A DNA stretch of 64,000 bases from the human T2T-CHM13v2.0 reference genome, Homo sapiens. Below, in pieces: positions 1 through 15,681 of this stretch. The position numbers were made by a program, and so were the translations under genes. The DNA is taken from the NCBI RefSeq assembly GCF_009914755.1, contig NC_060942.1; one strand, written 5' to 3'. The notes beneath the pieces were generated by a model. It ran no database searches. It saw only the letters and a list, made by a program, of their open reading frames with translations, and was not told where the DNA came from. How positions within the stretch are numbered: the stretch's first letter is position 1; the number at the start of each line of letters is the position of its first letter.

Positions 1-75
1 CCCTCTGTCAAAAGAATGCCATTTCATAATGCAAAGTGTAGAATATACACTCAAAGGCTATATTACATATCTGTT

Positions 76-510
76 TGTATTAGTCAGGGTTCTCCAGAGA
101 AGCAAAACCAAAATGATATATTAAGAGATTTATTTTAAGGAATTGGCTTATGCAGTTGAGGGGGCTGGCAAGTCCAAAATATGTAGGAGAGACCATAAGG
201 CAGAACACTCAGGCAGGAATTGATGTTTCAGGCTTCAGTCCAAAATACGGAGGGCAGGCTGATAACTCAAGCAGTATTTGAGGCAGATTCCTTCTTCAGG
301 AAACCTCACTTTTTGCTCATAAAGCCTTCAACTGCTTGGGTGAGACCTACCCATATTTTTTAGGGCAATAATCTCCTTTACTTAGAATTAATTTATTGTG
401 ATGTTCATCACATCTACAGAATACCTTCACAGCAATGCCTGGGTCACTGTTTGATTAAATAACTGGGTGCTATATCCTAGCCAAATTGACACAAAAGACT
501 ATGACTATCA
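76..510 (-). mobile_element. MLT2-family (ERVL) solo LTR
   Basis: Minus strand ends ...CTCTGGAGAACCCTGACTAATACA and begins near ...TGTGTCAATTTGGCTAGG, matching recalled MLT2 termini. Confidence 0.8.
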
Positions 511-2436
511 GTCTTGTTTAAGAAACAGTTATACTGTCACAAAGTTGATGGGGGAAAAAAGAAGGAAAAATTTTTAAAATAATAATAATTAAACTAACAC
601 CCATGTAATTACTACCTAGCTTAAGAAATAGAAAATTACCAGTATCTTAAAAGTTCCATATATGCCCCTCCCTAATCATGTCCCTCTCATGTGCTCCTCC
701 AAGTTTAACACTTGCCCAGAATTTTATATTTTCATACTTTGTTTTTCTTATTGTTTTACCACATATTTATTTATCCCTAAACAACATATTGTTTAATTTT
801 GCATATTTCTCCTATCCTGTATATATGGAATCTCCTGTATGTATTCTTATATGATTTGCTTTTTTCACTCATTTTGTTTATAAATTTCATTCTTATTGAT
901 ATTTGCAAAAGTAGTTATTTTATTGTCCTTACTGAATAGTATTCCTTTGTATGATTATGCCATAGTTTATCCATTCTTCTTTCTGGGAAAATAGGTGATA
1001 TTTCCAGTATTTTGTTATTATAAACAGAATTACAAGCATCTTATGATGCACATGTACAAAAGTTTGTCTGTGAGATACAAACTGGGAGTAGAATCAACAG
1101 ATTGTACAGTGTATACACTTTCAGTTTTGCCAGCTAATGCTAAATTGTTTTCCAAAATGCTAACAATTTATACCCCTATAGGCAGTGTATGGGAGTACTC
1201 TTTTAGTTCTTATGTTTGCCAACACTTGGTATTGTTAAACTTTCTAATTTAGTGGATATAAAATTACCATTATGTTTCTGATTTGCATTTCTCTAATTAC
1301 TGTCAAGTTTGAGCATCCTTTGGTATGCTTATTGATGAGTTGTGTTCTTCTATTAAAGTCTATTTAGGTTTTCTGCCTATTTTTCATTTAGGCTGTCTTA
1401 ACCGTTACTTTTTGGAAGTTCATTATATATCTGGAATATACCAATACTTAGTCAATTTTATGTTTTATGAATATCTGTTTCCAATTTATGACATGTCTTT
1501 TCATATTTTTGGCATCTTCGAACACTGATTCTTAATTTTTTAATAGTCAGATTTATTGATCATTTATAAAAGACATTATTTCCTATACTTCTGAAATTTT
1601 TTTAAATTGACTTTATACAATAAAATTATTAATTTTACTAGAATTGGTTTTTATGTATGATGTGAGCTAGCATTCCAATTATATTTCTTTTCCTATATGG
1701 ACAATCTGTTATTTCAGTATGTTTTTTGAACCGTTCATCCTTTTTGCACTGATTGGCAATGCTGCCTCTGTCATACATGAAGTTCCAGTGTATGTACGTG
1801 CCTGTTATTGGGGAACATTCTTTCTCACTGGTTTCTTTGTCAATTATTATAAAAATGATATGTTGTCTTCATTACAGTTGTCTTGTTTAAAAGTCCAGAA
1901 ATCCAGTAGGACAAGTCCAGCATCCTGTCCTTTTTTAGAAATGTTTTGACTGTTCATGACCCTTACCTTCCTCATATAAAGTTTAGTATTATATTGACAA
2001 GTTCCAAGAAGGATCTTATTTAGATTCTGATTGAAATTGAATTGACTCTGTAAATTAATTTGGGGATTCTTCTCTATGATTGAGTCTTGCTATATAGAAC
2101 ATGCTATATCTTATATTTATTTAGATCTCCTTTCAACACGCTGGGACTACAGGCGTGAGCCACCATCCCCAGCCTGGTGTGTTTTTTTTTTTTTTTTCTC
2201 TTTCTTTTAAAGTTAGTTTTGAATAGGGATTTATCAGTTTCATTAATCTCAAATATTGCACTTTTAGCTGTGTTGATTTTTCCCTACTGCTTTTTTTTTC
2301 TGTTTTACTTATATCTGTTTTCATCTGTATTTCCTTTTATTTTGTTTAGGTTTGTTTTTCTATTTTTCTAACTTCTTGAGGAGGAAGCTTAGGTTATTTT
2401 TAAACTTTTCTTCTTTTCTGATATATGAATTTAAGG

Positions 2437-2736
<300 letters not shown>

Positions 2737-3168
2737 TGAATTTAAGGTTTTAAGTATTGTTTTAGCTGTATCCCATGCATTTGCTATATTTTATCTTTAT
2801 TATCATTTAGTTCAAATTAGAGTTTTATTTCCAGTATTTCATAACTGACCCATGGGGTTTGTTTAATTGGGGGGCAGGGGGAATTATCTTGTGATATTTT
2901 TGTTACTGATTTCTATCTTAACTACAGTCAGAGAACAGTCTGATTTCAGTCCTTTGAAATTTGTTACAGTTATCCTAATGACCCAGAATATGATCAATGT
3001 GGCATTTGAAAAGAATATACATTCTGTCATTATTAGGTATATTGTTTTATATATTTCAATAAAATAAGGTTAGTTAATTTTATGGTTCCATTCTATCTTT
3101 GTATCAGTTTTTTTGTGACCTGCTTGTTTCATCAGCTGTTGAAAGACGCGTTGAAAGTTACAATTGGC

Positions 3169-3479
<311 letters not shown>

Positions 3480-4529
3480 CTACTTCCCCTTTTAGTTCTT
3501 TTCAGTTTTGCTTTGTATGTTTCTTAGATGCCCTTTATCAGGTTGAGGAAGTTTCCTTCTATTCCTAGTTTTTGAATGTTTTTATTATGAAGGGATGTTA
3601 GATATTGTCAAATGTTTTCTTCTGCATCAATTGAGATGATCATGAGGTTGTTTTTTCTTCTGTTGATACAGTGTATTACATTAATTTATCTTGGAGTACT
3701 AAACCAACCATGCATTCCTGGGATAAATCCCACTTGGTTATGTTGAATACTTCCTTTTATATGTAGCTGGATTAAGTTTGCTAGTATTTTGTTGAGGATC
3801 CTTGCTTCCAGGATAAATGCTAAATCTAAGTCCTTAGGACAGAACTTAGAAGAAGCAAGCCTGTTTCACCGCAAATTTCCCTACCTCCATTAGGGTATGG
3901 TGGGACTGAATAAGAGGAATAATTTAAAGACTTTAAAAGGATCAGATTCCCAGATTCCCTTTGCAACCTTGAAGAGAGACTGGAGCTTTACTCTGTAGAC
4001 TTGAGATATCGGGCATAGCTGAAAACCATACTGAAAAGAGGGAAAATAAGTGACAGCTAGTTAATGATGGGACACCTCATTACCCTTCAAATGCTGGCTG
4101 TCAGGTTTATACCTACAGGAGAAAAAAGATCAACAGAAAGTTAGGTTTTTGCCAGATTTAACTTAAAGTGAAGTCTACTGATGCATAAAGAGATTCTAAT
4201 CCACATTTTGGTGCTCCAGTCATTAGTAGACATCCCAAGATTACCAGTCATTTAGAAAAGCCTAGAATACCAAAGATAGAGATGAAAATATAGAAGAAAG
4301 AAGGATACTGGAGGAAACAGAGACAATGCAAGGAGGATAAAAAAAAATACAAAAAATTCCCCTTAAAAACCAAAAAGCAAAAAACTAGCCAAACAAACAA
4401 ATGCTATAACCTGTGAGACAAGAGAGTGGGGAAGCAGAGAATACATTCAAAAAAGCGTAACCTAGAGTTTCCCACATGATGCATGATAAAAGTTTCATTC
4501 TCTCAGAATAATCCCCAAAGTCCTTATCA

Positions 4530-5010
4530 TAATCTCAAGGCACTATAGGATCTGGCCCTCTCTTCTAGTACATCTAAGACTTCATCTTCTATCCTGTCTC
4601 CCTTGCTCACCCTGCACCAACTCTGTCTTCTTTCCTTAGGACATGGCAGGTCTAGTCACACCTCACAGCCTTTGAGCAGCCTCTTCCTAGCATCTGCAGC
4701 ATTTATTCCTCCATCTCCTTCATGTTTTTACTTAAACATTATCATCTCCATGAAGCCTACCCTGAACACTTCCATGTGAATTGTACCGTTCTCCACTTTG
4801 GCCTTCCTAGTACCCCTTATCTTACTCAATGTTTTTTCTAAAACCCTTATCACTTTCTAATACACTACATAATTTACCTGCTTTTTGTGTATCTGTCTCT
4901 CTTACTAGAACATAAGCTCCACAAGTAGGGAATATTGTCTGTTTTATTTGCTTTATCCCCCCCCGTCTAAAAAGATACCTAGCCCGTAGTAGGTAGACAA
5001 TAAATATTTT
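4530..5010 (+). mobile_element. L2 3' end fragment
   Basis: Ends with L2-type CCTAGCCCGTAGTAGGTAGACAATAAATATTT. Confidence 0.6.
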
Positions 5011-5652
5011 TTTAGGGACCTCCATGCCCAAACATGGGCCAAGAATATTCAGAAGAGCCATTCATTTTCTGGTGTGGTTGCCAGATATTAGAGCAGCAGT
5101 TTAGTTCTCTCTAACCTTTCTATCACTCACTCAGTCTCCCTGCAGGAATCGTGTTAACTTTTACACACCCAGCATATCCCTCATTATATTTTAATAGCCA
5201 TGGTGCTGTACCTAGTCTCAGCTCTAGACATTAAAATAAGGGATCTTGCTTTTTGCAACCTGGAGAAAGCAAAGGGGCGTAGAACAGGACAGCTTTTACT
5301 GGGAAAATATGTGTGTGACCATAGTGTGTGTGTATGTTAAATATATAGATGTATATAAATTTTACTTTTAACATTAGAAGATGGTGAGTAAGCTAAGGGA
5401 GAATAGAAAACATTTAGAAAGAAGACTAGTGAAAATCAAAATAAATTATTGTTATATGATTGAGATTTTTTAAAGCTACTTCTGAACCTAGTCTAGCAAT
5501 CTAATATGAATTCCTTTAACAAAGTAACTGCCAAAACTAAATTTTTAATTAACATATTAGCTTATAGGAATATTAAAAATTAAAACATTAGATTAAACCA
5601 TAGTATTTTACTATGTAAACTGTATTTCACTAAGGTAAATTTTTTTAATCAG

Positions 5653-5723
5653 GTTATTTTAAGTTCCATGATAAAAGAATGTGAACAAAAAGTTGAAAAC
5701 AAGACCGTCCAAGAGCCTCAAGG
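5653..5723 (+). CDS. RELCH: RELCH (KIAA1468) penultimate coding exon, VILSSMIKECEQKVENKTVQEPQG
   Basis: tttaatcag|GTT acceptor, AGG|gtaaga donor, 71 nt open; splices in frame (GG+C = Gly) to the 12278 exon; peptide recognised as the RELCH C-terminus. Confidence 0.88.
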
Positions 5724-8192
5724 GTAAGACATTAATTCTTTTTTTAAGGCTACATGTTAACTTTAATTTTTCTATCTAAATTTGCTGTCAATCAGTGTAA
5801 TGTGTCATTTTGTGTTACGTTATAGTCCTTTGTTTGGAAGACAAGAAAATGATTTAAGTCATTGGTTCTCAAATCCTGGTCCATAAACTATCTCATCAGA
5901 ATTATCTGGGGAATTTAAAATTCAGGTCTCCACCCCATGCCCTGCGCCTTCTCTCAATATTCTCAGTCAGCCTAGGGATCTGCATGTTTAAAAGCTTCCA
6001 ACAAAATTCTTTTATGTAGCTGGGTTGTTCACTCACCAGTCAAAAGAATGTCTAGAAACTTGTGACAGGAGTTGTAAGATGAACAACGTACTGCATAAAG
6101 GACTATCAACTTGGGAATGTTCTAGTCACATGCTTCTAATCAAACTAATTGGAATCCAAGGATTCAGTAAAATTAAAATATAAGCATAGACGTGAAAGAG
6201 TATTATAACGTTGGAGTTTCAGGAGTGGGAGTTATTTACAAATGAGCTGTACGTACTCTTACTGAAATAACCTTGAGCATCTTAAGTGGACTCTATTAGA
6301 CATAAAAAGCTCAAAAGTACTTTTTTTAAGGCTAACTACTGGGAATAAGTGTTTCATCCTATCAGTCTAGAAACACACACACACTCACGCATACGCTCCT
6401 CCCTATTCCCCATGTGCAACACGCATATATCTTTGATGTGTTAGAACCCTTACTTTATAAAGCCTCTTAGAATGGAAGCAGTCTTCTCCATATATATCCA
6501 TTTTAACCACAGAGGATTAAAACAATAGACACATTCACATCTTCTATATTATTAGTGGTTTTTTATAGAGGTTTTTTACAGGTTTTTCTAACAAACACAA
6601 AAATAAACTGAAAATATAATGAATTTCTATACATGTTATAACTGTAACCCAGCTTCAATTTCATCCATACCTGACCTACTTCTCCCTCCCATTCTCTGAT
6701 ATGTATCTTTTAAAGATAAGTATTATTTAAAAAAACATAAACACAATATCATTATCACACCAACATAACAATAACAACTTAATATCATCAACTGTCTGGC
6801 TTTTGTTCAAATTTCTCCTTGTTTCATAAATGTCAGTGATTTGTTGTTTGTCTTCCTTAGTTTGTTTCTTTGAGTCAGGGTCCAAATGAGTTCTGTACAT
6901 TGTAGTTGGTTGCTATGTTGTCTCCTTCAATCCATAGATAGAATGTCACCCTTTTATTCCTTTTTTCTCCATACAATTTACTTATTGAAGAAACTGAGTC
7001 ATTTGTCCTATAGAGTTTCCCACAGTCTGAATTTTGGTGATTGCATTTCTCTTCTGTCTTTTAACATGTTCTTCTCTATTTCTTGTATATTTGGTAGCTG
7101 GGTCTAGATCTAGAGACTTAATCAGATTCACGGCAAGCTTCTGTTCTCCTCAGGTTTTTACACATATGATTCCGTCTGCCAGGAGTATTCTTACTCTGCC
7201 TGGCTAGTTCCTACTCATCCTTCAGGACAGAGCTTAGATGTTGCCTCTTCAGGGAAGCCTTCCTTGACCCCACCCTTCCTCTGAAGTCTATTGTAGATCA
7301 AAAGCACAAGAGGAAAGTATTTTACTTGAAGCAGTGAAAGGAACTGCTTCTAAGATGGAAGGAAAAGCAAGAGTGGGTGCAGATAAAGATATCTGTATCT
7401 GTGAAGAGCTCTGCCTTTTGTTGTGGGGAATACAAAGATGTTGCATATATGGATTTCACCTTCAAAGAGCCTGTGGTTAAAAGCAGTATTTTTCAAACTG
7501 CAGATCATTGACGTTAGTACATTGTTTAATTAATTCAATTGGTTGTGACACGTATTTCATCCCGAGAAATAGAATCAAATGGAGAGTACATCCCAAGTGG
7601 TAAAGATGAGTCTTTCTTATGAAACATCAGTTACCTGTGTAAGTACTACAAGTCATCATGTAAAATGTGGCACTTACTATGGATCTGTGTCAGAAAAGTT
7701 TGAAAAGCACTGATCTGCAGGCAGAAAATGTATGCATAACTATTTTGGTACCCTTCTTATATTCATTCAGCAGTAAGTAAAATTCAGAGTGCTTACCATG
7801 GGCTGTTCACAAAGATGAGCTTGAGCAAGTCATAGTCTCTTCCCTCGGGGTATTCACAGCTGAAAGTGGGAAAAAGAAGCAGTTAAAAATAAAGATAAAC
7901 ACTAAAACAATGCCTGCAAATGGTTCCAAGGATAAAGGAATACAGGAGTCTTCAGATATGAATGGCTGACTAGGGAGGAAAAAAGGAAGAGCAAAAGAGG
8001 ATTACATGCAGAAAAATCAGCACTGTGCAAAATGACAAAAGTTACAGAGGAGCGTGTTTGGGAACTGTAAGTAAAGCTAGAGTACAGAGTACATGTGGGA
8101 GAATGGTAGAGATAAGTATATAAAGGTAGGCAGGCACCAGACAATAAAGAATTCTGTGTGCCACACTGGGAGATTTGGACTTTATGTTATAG

Positions 8193-8390
8193 GCCAGGTG
8201 GTGGCAAACTTTTTTGTAGAGATAGTAAATATTATTTTAAACTTTGGAGACCATACAATCTCTGTCACAGCTACTGAGCTAGACTCTGCTATTGTAGCAG
8301 GAAAGCAGCCTTTGGCAATATGTAAATAAATGTGCATGGTTGTGTTTCAGTAAAACTTTATTTATAAAAACAGCAGGCTAGATTTGGCCT
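8193..8390. mobile_element. MER58A-like hAT MITE
   Basis: CAGGTGGTGGCAAACTTT...GATAGTAAATATT...AAAACTTTATTTATAAAAACAG motif set. Confidence 0.65.
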
Positions 8391-8419
8391 GCTACCTGTA
8401 GCCAATACTTAGGAACTTT

Positions 8420-8590
8420 GGTTGTCTAGCGTTAGTGTCCATCAGAATCACCTGGAAATTGCTGAGTACCATCCCCAGAGTTTTTGGTTCAGAAGATTGG
8501 AGTGGAGTCTGAGAATTTGTATTGGTAACAAGTTCCCAGGTGGTGCTAATGCTGCAGGTCTAGGAACCACACCTTGAGAATCACTGCTTT
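8420..8590. mobile_element. MER5A-like hAT MITE
   Basis: ATCAGAATCACCTGG...TAACAAGTTCCCAGGTGGTGCTAATGCTG...TTGAGAATCACTG. Confidence 0.65.
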
Positions 8591-8699
8591 AGGAACCAGA
8601 CTCTAGTGAATAGAGAAGTGGGTGGAAGAGATGAGAAAGCTGTTACAGGAACCCATGATAAGATGAAGTGTGGTCTTGGATGGGAAAGTAACAATAAGT

Positions 8700-8910
8700 A
8701 ATGCTTATGAACCAGATACCATTCTAAACATTTTTCATATATTTGCTAATAATTGTCATACTAAGCCTACAAAGTAGATACTTTTACTATTCTCATTTTA
8801 CAGATGACAGAGAGGCAGGTAAGTTGCTCAGAGGCCACCTAGCTACTAAGTGGAGGAACCAGAACCCAGGCATTACGGTCCTTGAGACCGTGACTTGAAC
8901 CACCATGTTA
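8700..8910 (-). mobile_element. MIR
   Basis: Core CTCATTTTACAGATGA...AAGTTGCTCAGAGGCCAC. Confidence 0.55.
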
Positions 8911-9373
8911 TAATGCCAGTGTATGGCAGTGAATATGAGAAGATGGATTTGAGATCCGTATTTCAGATGTGAACTCAATTTAACTTGGCAGCTGATTAAG
9001 AGTGAAGGAGAACAGAATCAAAAGATTCCTACATTTCTGATCTGAACATTTAAACAGATGATGATAAAATACAACAAAATGGAACTATAGGAAGAACTAT
9101 TCTGAAGAGGAATATTTAAAATGTGAGGCACAGGTAGAGAAACACTATAGGCAGTTCATTGAGATTTAAGAACCATTAGCAGCATATGGGTGGTAATTAA
9201 AGGCTTATGGTTGGAGCAGTGGTAGATAAATGATATCACTTGAAAAGGGGGCTCTGATGGGGAGAAGGTGACCAGGCATGGAATTAGACACCAACATTTC
9301 AGATGCATATGGAAGAACTTAACTGAGAAATAGAAGGCAAACCAGAATGGTGTTAGAAATCAAGTGGAGATTT

Positions 9374-9687
<314 letters not shown>

Positions 9688-11879
9688 CAAATGGAGATTT
9701 TAAAGAGAAGAAAAGAGATAAGTAATATAGGACATGAATAGTTTTAAAGAAGATAGGGATATTAGTTGCAAAGAAAAGATCTGAGATTTGCTTGAAAACT
9801 TCCAGTGAGGATACACATTACAAGGTAGCCCATTTCATTTTAATAACTCTTTTTAAAAAATTATCTTTTCCTGGATTAAAATCTCCCTTTCCAAAATGCC
9901 TAGGCCCTCTAAAACAAGTCTTTATCATCTGGTAGAGGGGTGGGAGAGTGTTACAAACCCCTTTATAAAACTGATAAAAATTTACACTGTGTCTTGGGGT
10001 GGGGGCGGAATTGCTGTAATGCAATGATTTTTTTTTTTTTAACTGAAAAGCTTTGTAGTATAGACCTGGGCCTCCTACCTCAGATGGAAAGAATCAGAAG
10101 TACTGGATTAGGCCTAGGGATCTGCATTTTCAGAAGTTTTCCAGGTGACTATGATGTGTATCAGTAGACCTACGCAGATATATACACCCCTGCAGATATA
10201 CATTATATATCCAGTTTTTCACATATGATGTATGCAGGTATTGGTTAAGTCACCTAAATCTTCTTCAAGCCAAATATTCTTCATTCCTTTCATTTTTACC
10301 TCTTATAGTTTCCAGACTCCTTAACATCATGGTTGGCCTCCTCTTAGAATATCATTAAAACTTGGTATCTCAACTATGGTCTGACCCATACATCCCCTTT
10401 TTCTAGATGTAAATTTAAATCATACTTATCTTTTGACTTACACTGAGTTTTCTAAAGAAAGGAAGAGCACTGAAAAGCTAGAATGTTAAGGAAAGGCACC
10501 ATAGGACTTCAGCTGGGCTTTGAAAGATGGGTAGGCAGTGGATAGAAAGATTTGAGAGTGGTTGAACAATAGACTGGACAAACCTGACTGAAGGGGGTCA
10601 AAGAGACAGTCAGTGACAGTGGTATGGAAAAACAAGAAATAGATTGCTACATTTCCTGAATGCAAAGCACATTTCATCTTGTAGGTGGTATGTAAGCATT
10701 AAAGATTTTTGAGCTAAGATGTGATATCAAGAAGTGACTTTTAGAAGTTAATCTGGTAATTAAAGATGGAAGACTGTTGGAATCACTGAGTTGTGAAGTA
10801 TTAGCCATGGAAGTAAAAAGAAACAGTAGAGGAGATGCTTCAAAGAATAAGGTCACAGGACTTGTGATTGGTTTGAAATAGAAGTAGAAGGAGCTATTAA
10901 ATTCACTGTTAGAAAGAGAGGAAAATAGTAGAACCACTGGCAAAAAGAGGGGGGAGTTAAAATGGAGAGTTATTTCTAAAGTTAGGGCGTGAACAGAAGC
11001 TTGAGATGTTGGCTTTATCTAGCAAATAATAGTAATGTGGGACTGACCCTCAGGAAAAGGGATGCGATTCAATTTGAAACTTGGAGAGTAAGTTTTATAA
11101 TTGAAGAATCAAGAGCCAAATACTGAACCTTAGGGAAGATTACTTTGTGGGAAGAGAAGCAGCAGGAAAGAGAACCCACTGTTGTACTGTCAGAAGAGCA
11201 ATGTGGAGAAGCTTTTCAAGGTGGGAGTTCTGGTTTGGTTTTTAACTTGAGTAATTCACAGTGCACACCCTTATAGACTACATAGACCCAGGTGTGCTCC
11301 GTGGCAGCACACACCTCATGCAGTAGATTCAACAGACATGTTGAGCACCTGCAGCTTGCCACACGTTGTCTTTGACATGTTCAAACACATTATCTTACTT
11401 AATCCTCAGAATATTTTACAACAGAAATTGCAAGCTGTGTTTTACAGATGAGGAAACTGAGTCAGAGAGAGCTAAAGCATGTTGGCCAAAGGCACAAGGC
11501 AATAAACTAGATTCCAAGTCTATTACAGGACAGTTGTCAGGTCATTGAAAAATTGTGCTTGATCAGTATTCTGTTTCTGTTCAGTACTATGATAAATTAG
11601 CAATCTCTAGAGGTCATTTAGATTGTGTTTATTCCCTACAGAGCAGGTTGGTGAAAAAGAAAGAAGAAATGGATTCGAAACTGTTGATTGAAATCAATGC
11701 AACTGGCAATTCAGGACATCCCCCAAAAAAGGAATATCCCCCTAAAAAGGAATATACCATAGGATTATTATCAGCACAGCACAAAACTTCATTGCAATTT
11801 AATTTACTCATTTGTGAAAATACTGATAATATTTATCTTCCAGGATTGCTGTAAGAATTAAATGAAGTGATAAAGAATA

Positions 11880-12085
11880 ACTACTAACAATTACATCATG
11901 CTATTATGTGCCTAGCACTATACTGAGCACTTTACAGTTGTGTTAATATAATCCTAATAACCCTAGGAGGCAAATACTAGAATCATCCTCGTTTTACAGA
12001 TGAGATTAAATAATTTACCCGAGCTGGTAAACAGAGCCAAGATTCAGTCCAGTCCCAGACTTGTTCCTAACCACTACACATACTG
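11880..12085 (-). mobile_element. MIR
   Basis: ATCCTCGTTTTACAGATGAG core and CCTAACCACTACAC end. Confidence 0.55.
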
Positions 12086-12277
12086 CTTCCTTTACTATAG
12101 ATAATGAACATGAAAGCTCCTAACCTAGTATGGCATATACAAACTACCCTCCATAAATATTAGTTTCCCTTTTGTGACGCCAATTCAGAGTGTGTTCGTT
12201 AATGATATGCTACTAAATAAATGAAAAATTTTTATTTTTTTAATTGCTTTACATGAATTTTAAATTTTCTTTCCTAG

Positions 12278-12398
12278 CTCAATGTCAATTGCTGCAAGCT
12301 TAGTGAGTGAAGATACAAAGACCAAGTTTTTGAACAAAATGGGCCAGTTGACAACATCAGGTGCCATGTTGGCCAATGTATTTCAGAGAAAGAAGTAG
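12278..12398 (+). CDS. RELCH: RELCH terminal coding exon, (G)SMSIAASLVSEDTKTKFLNKMGQLTTSGAMLANVFQRKK*
   Basis: Polypyrimidine tract and ttcctag| acceptor; open frame to TAG at 12396-12398. Confidence 0.9.
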
Positions 12399-13985
12399 AA
12401 GCAGGAAAGAAGCCCCCAGTAAACACTAAGATGGACCTCAAGCCGACTGGTTCCTTGTACTTGAAGTACTTGCCTTTTTTGTTTCCTCAGTTTTATGTTC
12501 TTGCATTATAATTTTATCCTAACCTCCAAAGATATTTGCACTGCTTTTAATTACTGCTGTATATTTGTTGATTTTGGAGTTACAACTGTGGTGATAGAAA
12601 ATTGAGTTGATGGTCTGTACCAAGTCCCTTGTCTATGTTCTTGTCTTTCAGAATAATTTTTATATAAATATATATATAGTGAAGAAGTTTTTTTTAATTT
12701 TTGGATGGGATATTCGCAAATATCTGTATTATACACTAAGCTATTACAATGGTACTTAAAATAATGTAAATTTGAAGTCATTGTTATAAAATAATAAAGT
12801 GGAGATTACTTAAGTATTTAAATTATGAAAGAATAATGCAGACTTTTTATTGTTTCTTAACTGACTAGAAAGAGCCACCAGCATTACTCTGTGCCTTTTG
12901 GACATCAGTTTGTGTGTTCTGTAGGAATTGTGTGCATTCCATTCACACAGTATTTCTTTAGGATGCTGTGATGATTTGAATTACAAATCCTACAGTCAAT
13001 AGCTAAAGACGAAACCTTCATTTCAGAACTCTCATGAATATTCTTTAAGTGCTATTTAAACCTCCCCAGCACTTAGATGCATATAATGGACTTACCTGAG
13101 GAAAGACAGCACATAGGCATGGGGAGAGGTAACCAAGGTGAATTTTACAAACTGGTGTATAGTAGATTTAAATGCTCAAAAATAAATGTAACTGAGAAGA
13201 GTTAATAATTGTGAGATTTTTCCCAAATTGAGATACAGAAGAAAATATAGTTTGAATCTGAAATTTAACACTTATTTATGTAAAACATTTTATTTAAGAT
13301 ATTTTCTAATGATTTTAATTTTAGAGAGTACCTTTTCATTCTGTGTGTTACAGAGAAGTACTGAAAAGTTAAGGACACTTGGGGGCTACTTTTTTCCCTC
13401 TAAACTAAAAAAGACATTGGCTGAATTATAACTAGTTAGTTATCACCTCGTCCCTTAAAGTCAGTGACCTCCTGTGTTTGATGTATATTACATAGAGTCT
13501 TAAGTCAGTGTACAGTTCCACTGGAATTTGACAGTTGTCTCTACAGTCATGCAACTCGAAGTAGAAAAGAGTGCTGGACATAGGAAGGGGGTGCTTGGTT
13601 TGAGGGGTTAATGTGAGGCCTTTTTGAAAAATGAATATTTTGATAAAAAGAATTCTTGTTTTAGCACAGTTGATGCACATAAGTGATTCTCATATTTGTT
13701 GTATAAACTGGTTTAATACATTTGGAACATAGTTGGATTACATTCATTTCCTGGGAAAGCTAGCTTACCATACATTCAAGTTTATAAAACAATTTGCCAT
13801 AGGCAAAGCCATTTAAAAAGTTCATTCTGAAATTATTTCATTTACCTACAGTGAAATAATTGTGAACTAAGTAGTCTTTCTGAAAACTGTTGGGTTCTAG
13901 GCATTCCTGAGAAATTGAAAGTGGCTACCTTTCATGTCAAAAATGTTGATCTATTATAAATAAAATGTTTTTGCATATGTTTTTG
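12399..13985 (+). other. RELCH: RELCH 3' UTR to the likely main poly(A) site
   Basis: AU-rich sequence with no obvious repeats after the stop; AATAAA at 12793, 13181 and 13959. Confidence 0.7.
13959..13964 (+). terminator. Polyadenylation signal AATAAA (RELCH)
   Basis: Followed ~20 nt later by a U/GU-rich element TGTTTTTGATTTGGTTTGGG. Confidence 0.7.
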
Positions 13986-14907
13986 ATTTGGTTTGGGCTA
14001 TGCATTTTACTTTCGTTTTGAAACACTATACTTTCTATTAAGCAAAAAAATGAGAAAAGCCTATATTCATGAGAATATACTAATATTTTGTAAATATAAT
14101 TTATATAAATTTACCTATTTTGGTTTAGTTTTACTAAAAGGGGACCATGTTGCTATAAAACTAATACATTTCAGAGGTACCTGGAAGAAAAATGTTTAAA
14201 CTCTGATTTGCTTCAAACTATAGTAGAATATGTGTATGTTTGTTATCAGGTGAATGGGTAGAATGTATTTTTATTGTGAACATTTTTCTTAATTAATGAA
14301 TATATTTATTTAAGTGCTAATGTTTTTTTAAAGGCAATAGTAGGCAAGATTCACAGTGTATTTCAAGTGAGAGTCTCTTTTCTTAAATATTTTAATATCA
14401 TTAAGATTTCACATTGTGGTTTTGTTTTTTGTTTGTTTGTTTGTTTTTAGTAAAATATGTCTTGTCTTTACAGACAAGACAGACACTAATCATTGAGACT
14501 GAGATTTGGACTGAGTCCAAAATAGGGCATAAAACTCCCATACTCATTCCTTTTAAACAGAAGTAAACTTACGGTACAAGTTTTTAAGTGTTCAACTTAA
14601 TGAAAAACTAAGTTTGCAAAGTAATGAAAAGCTAATTTGAAATTATACCTGTGTTTCCAGAGTAATCCAGAGATTAAATTTTTTCAGAAATCCAGAAGTG
14701 CCATAATTACTAATTTAGCTGAATTCTTCCAAGAACAGTGCTTGAATGATGGCAGTATCTATCTCTATACATAGGTGTCTATGACCTTCATTGGTTTGCA
14801 TTATTCACCCCTTTAGAGAGATTATTTTGCTAAACATCAAATTGATTTTCAACCTGAACGAAATTGTGAGTAATTTAAGTCATGCCATCCTCATTATCCA
14901 TAGCTTT

Positions 14908-14943
14908 TAGGATATGTCACTACTATAGGATATGTCACTACTA
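14908..14943. repeat. Perfect 18-bp tandem duplication (TAGGATATGTCACTACTA)x2
   Basis: Read directly. Confidence 0.95.
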
Positions 14944-15301
14944 TACACTATAATTCTAATGGGGGTCTCAAGTCAAGGTGCTATCACATTCTTGTTTTTA
15001 AAAAGTTGGCTCAAATAGTCTCTCTTAAAATTTAGAGAGGTGAGATCAGGATGTATTGAATTGTCTTTTCATCATCCCATTTTTCAAGACAACCTATTTT
15101 GGACCATTATTTGAACTCCAAGGATGTAACTTTCTGTAGTTACTACCCTGCTGATCTTTGAACTGCAGTAGCTAACTACAGCTAACATTCTGTGCTGGTT
15201 ATACTTTCTTAACTATTCTTTGTGTAAAGATTGTACTAATTTTTTCAGTTCATTAAAGAAAGTTACACTTTAGCTCTTCAATGTTACACTTAAAGAGCTT
15301 T

Positions 15302-15681
<380 letters not shown>

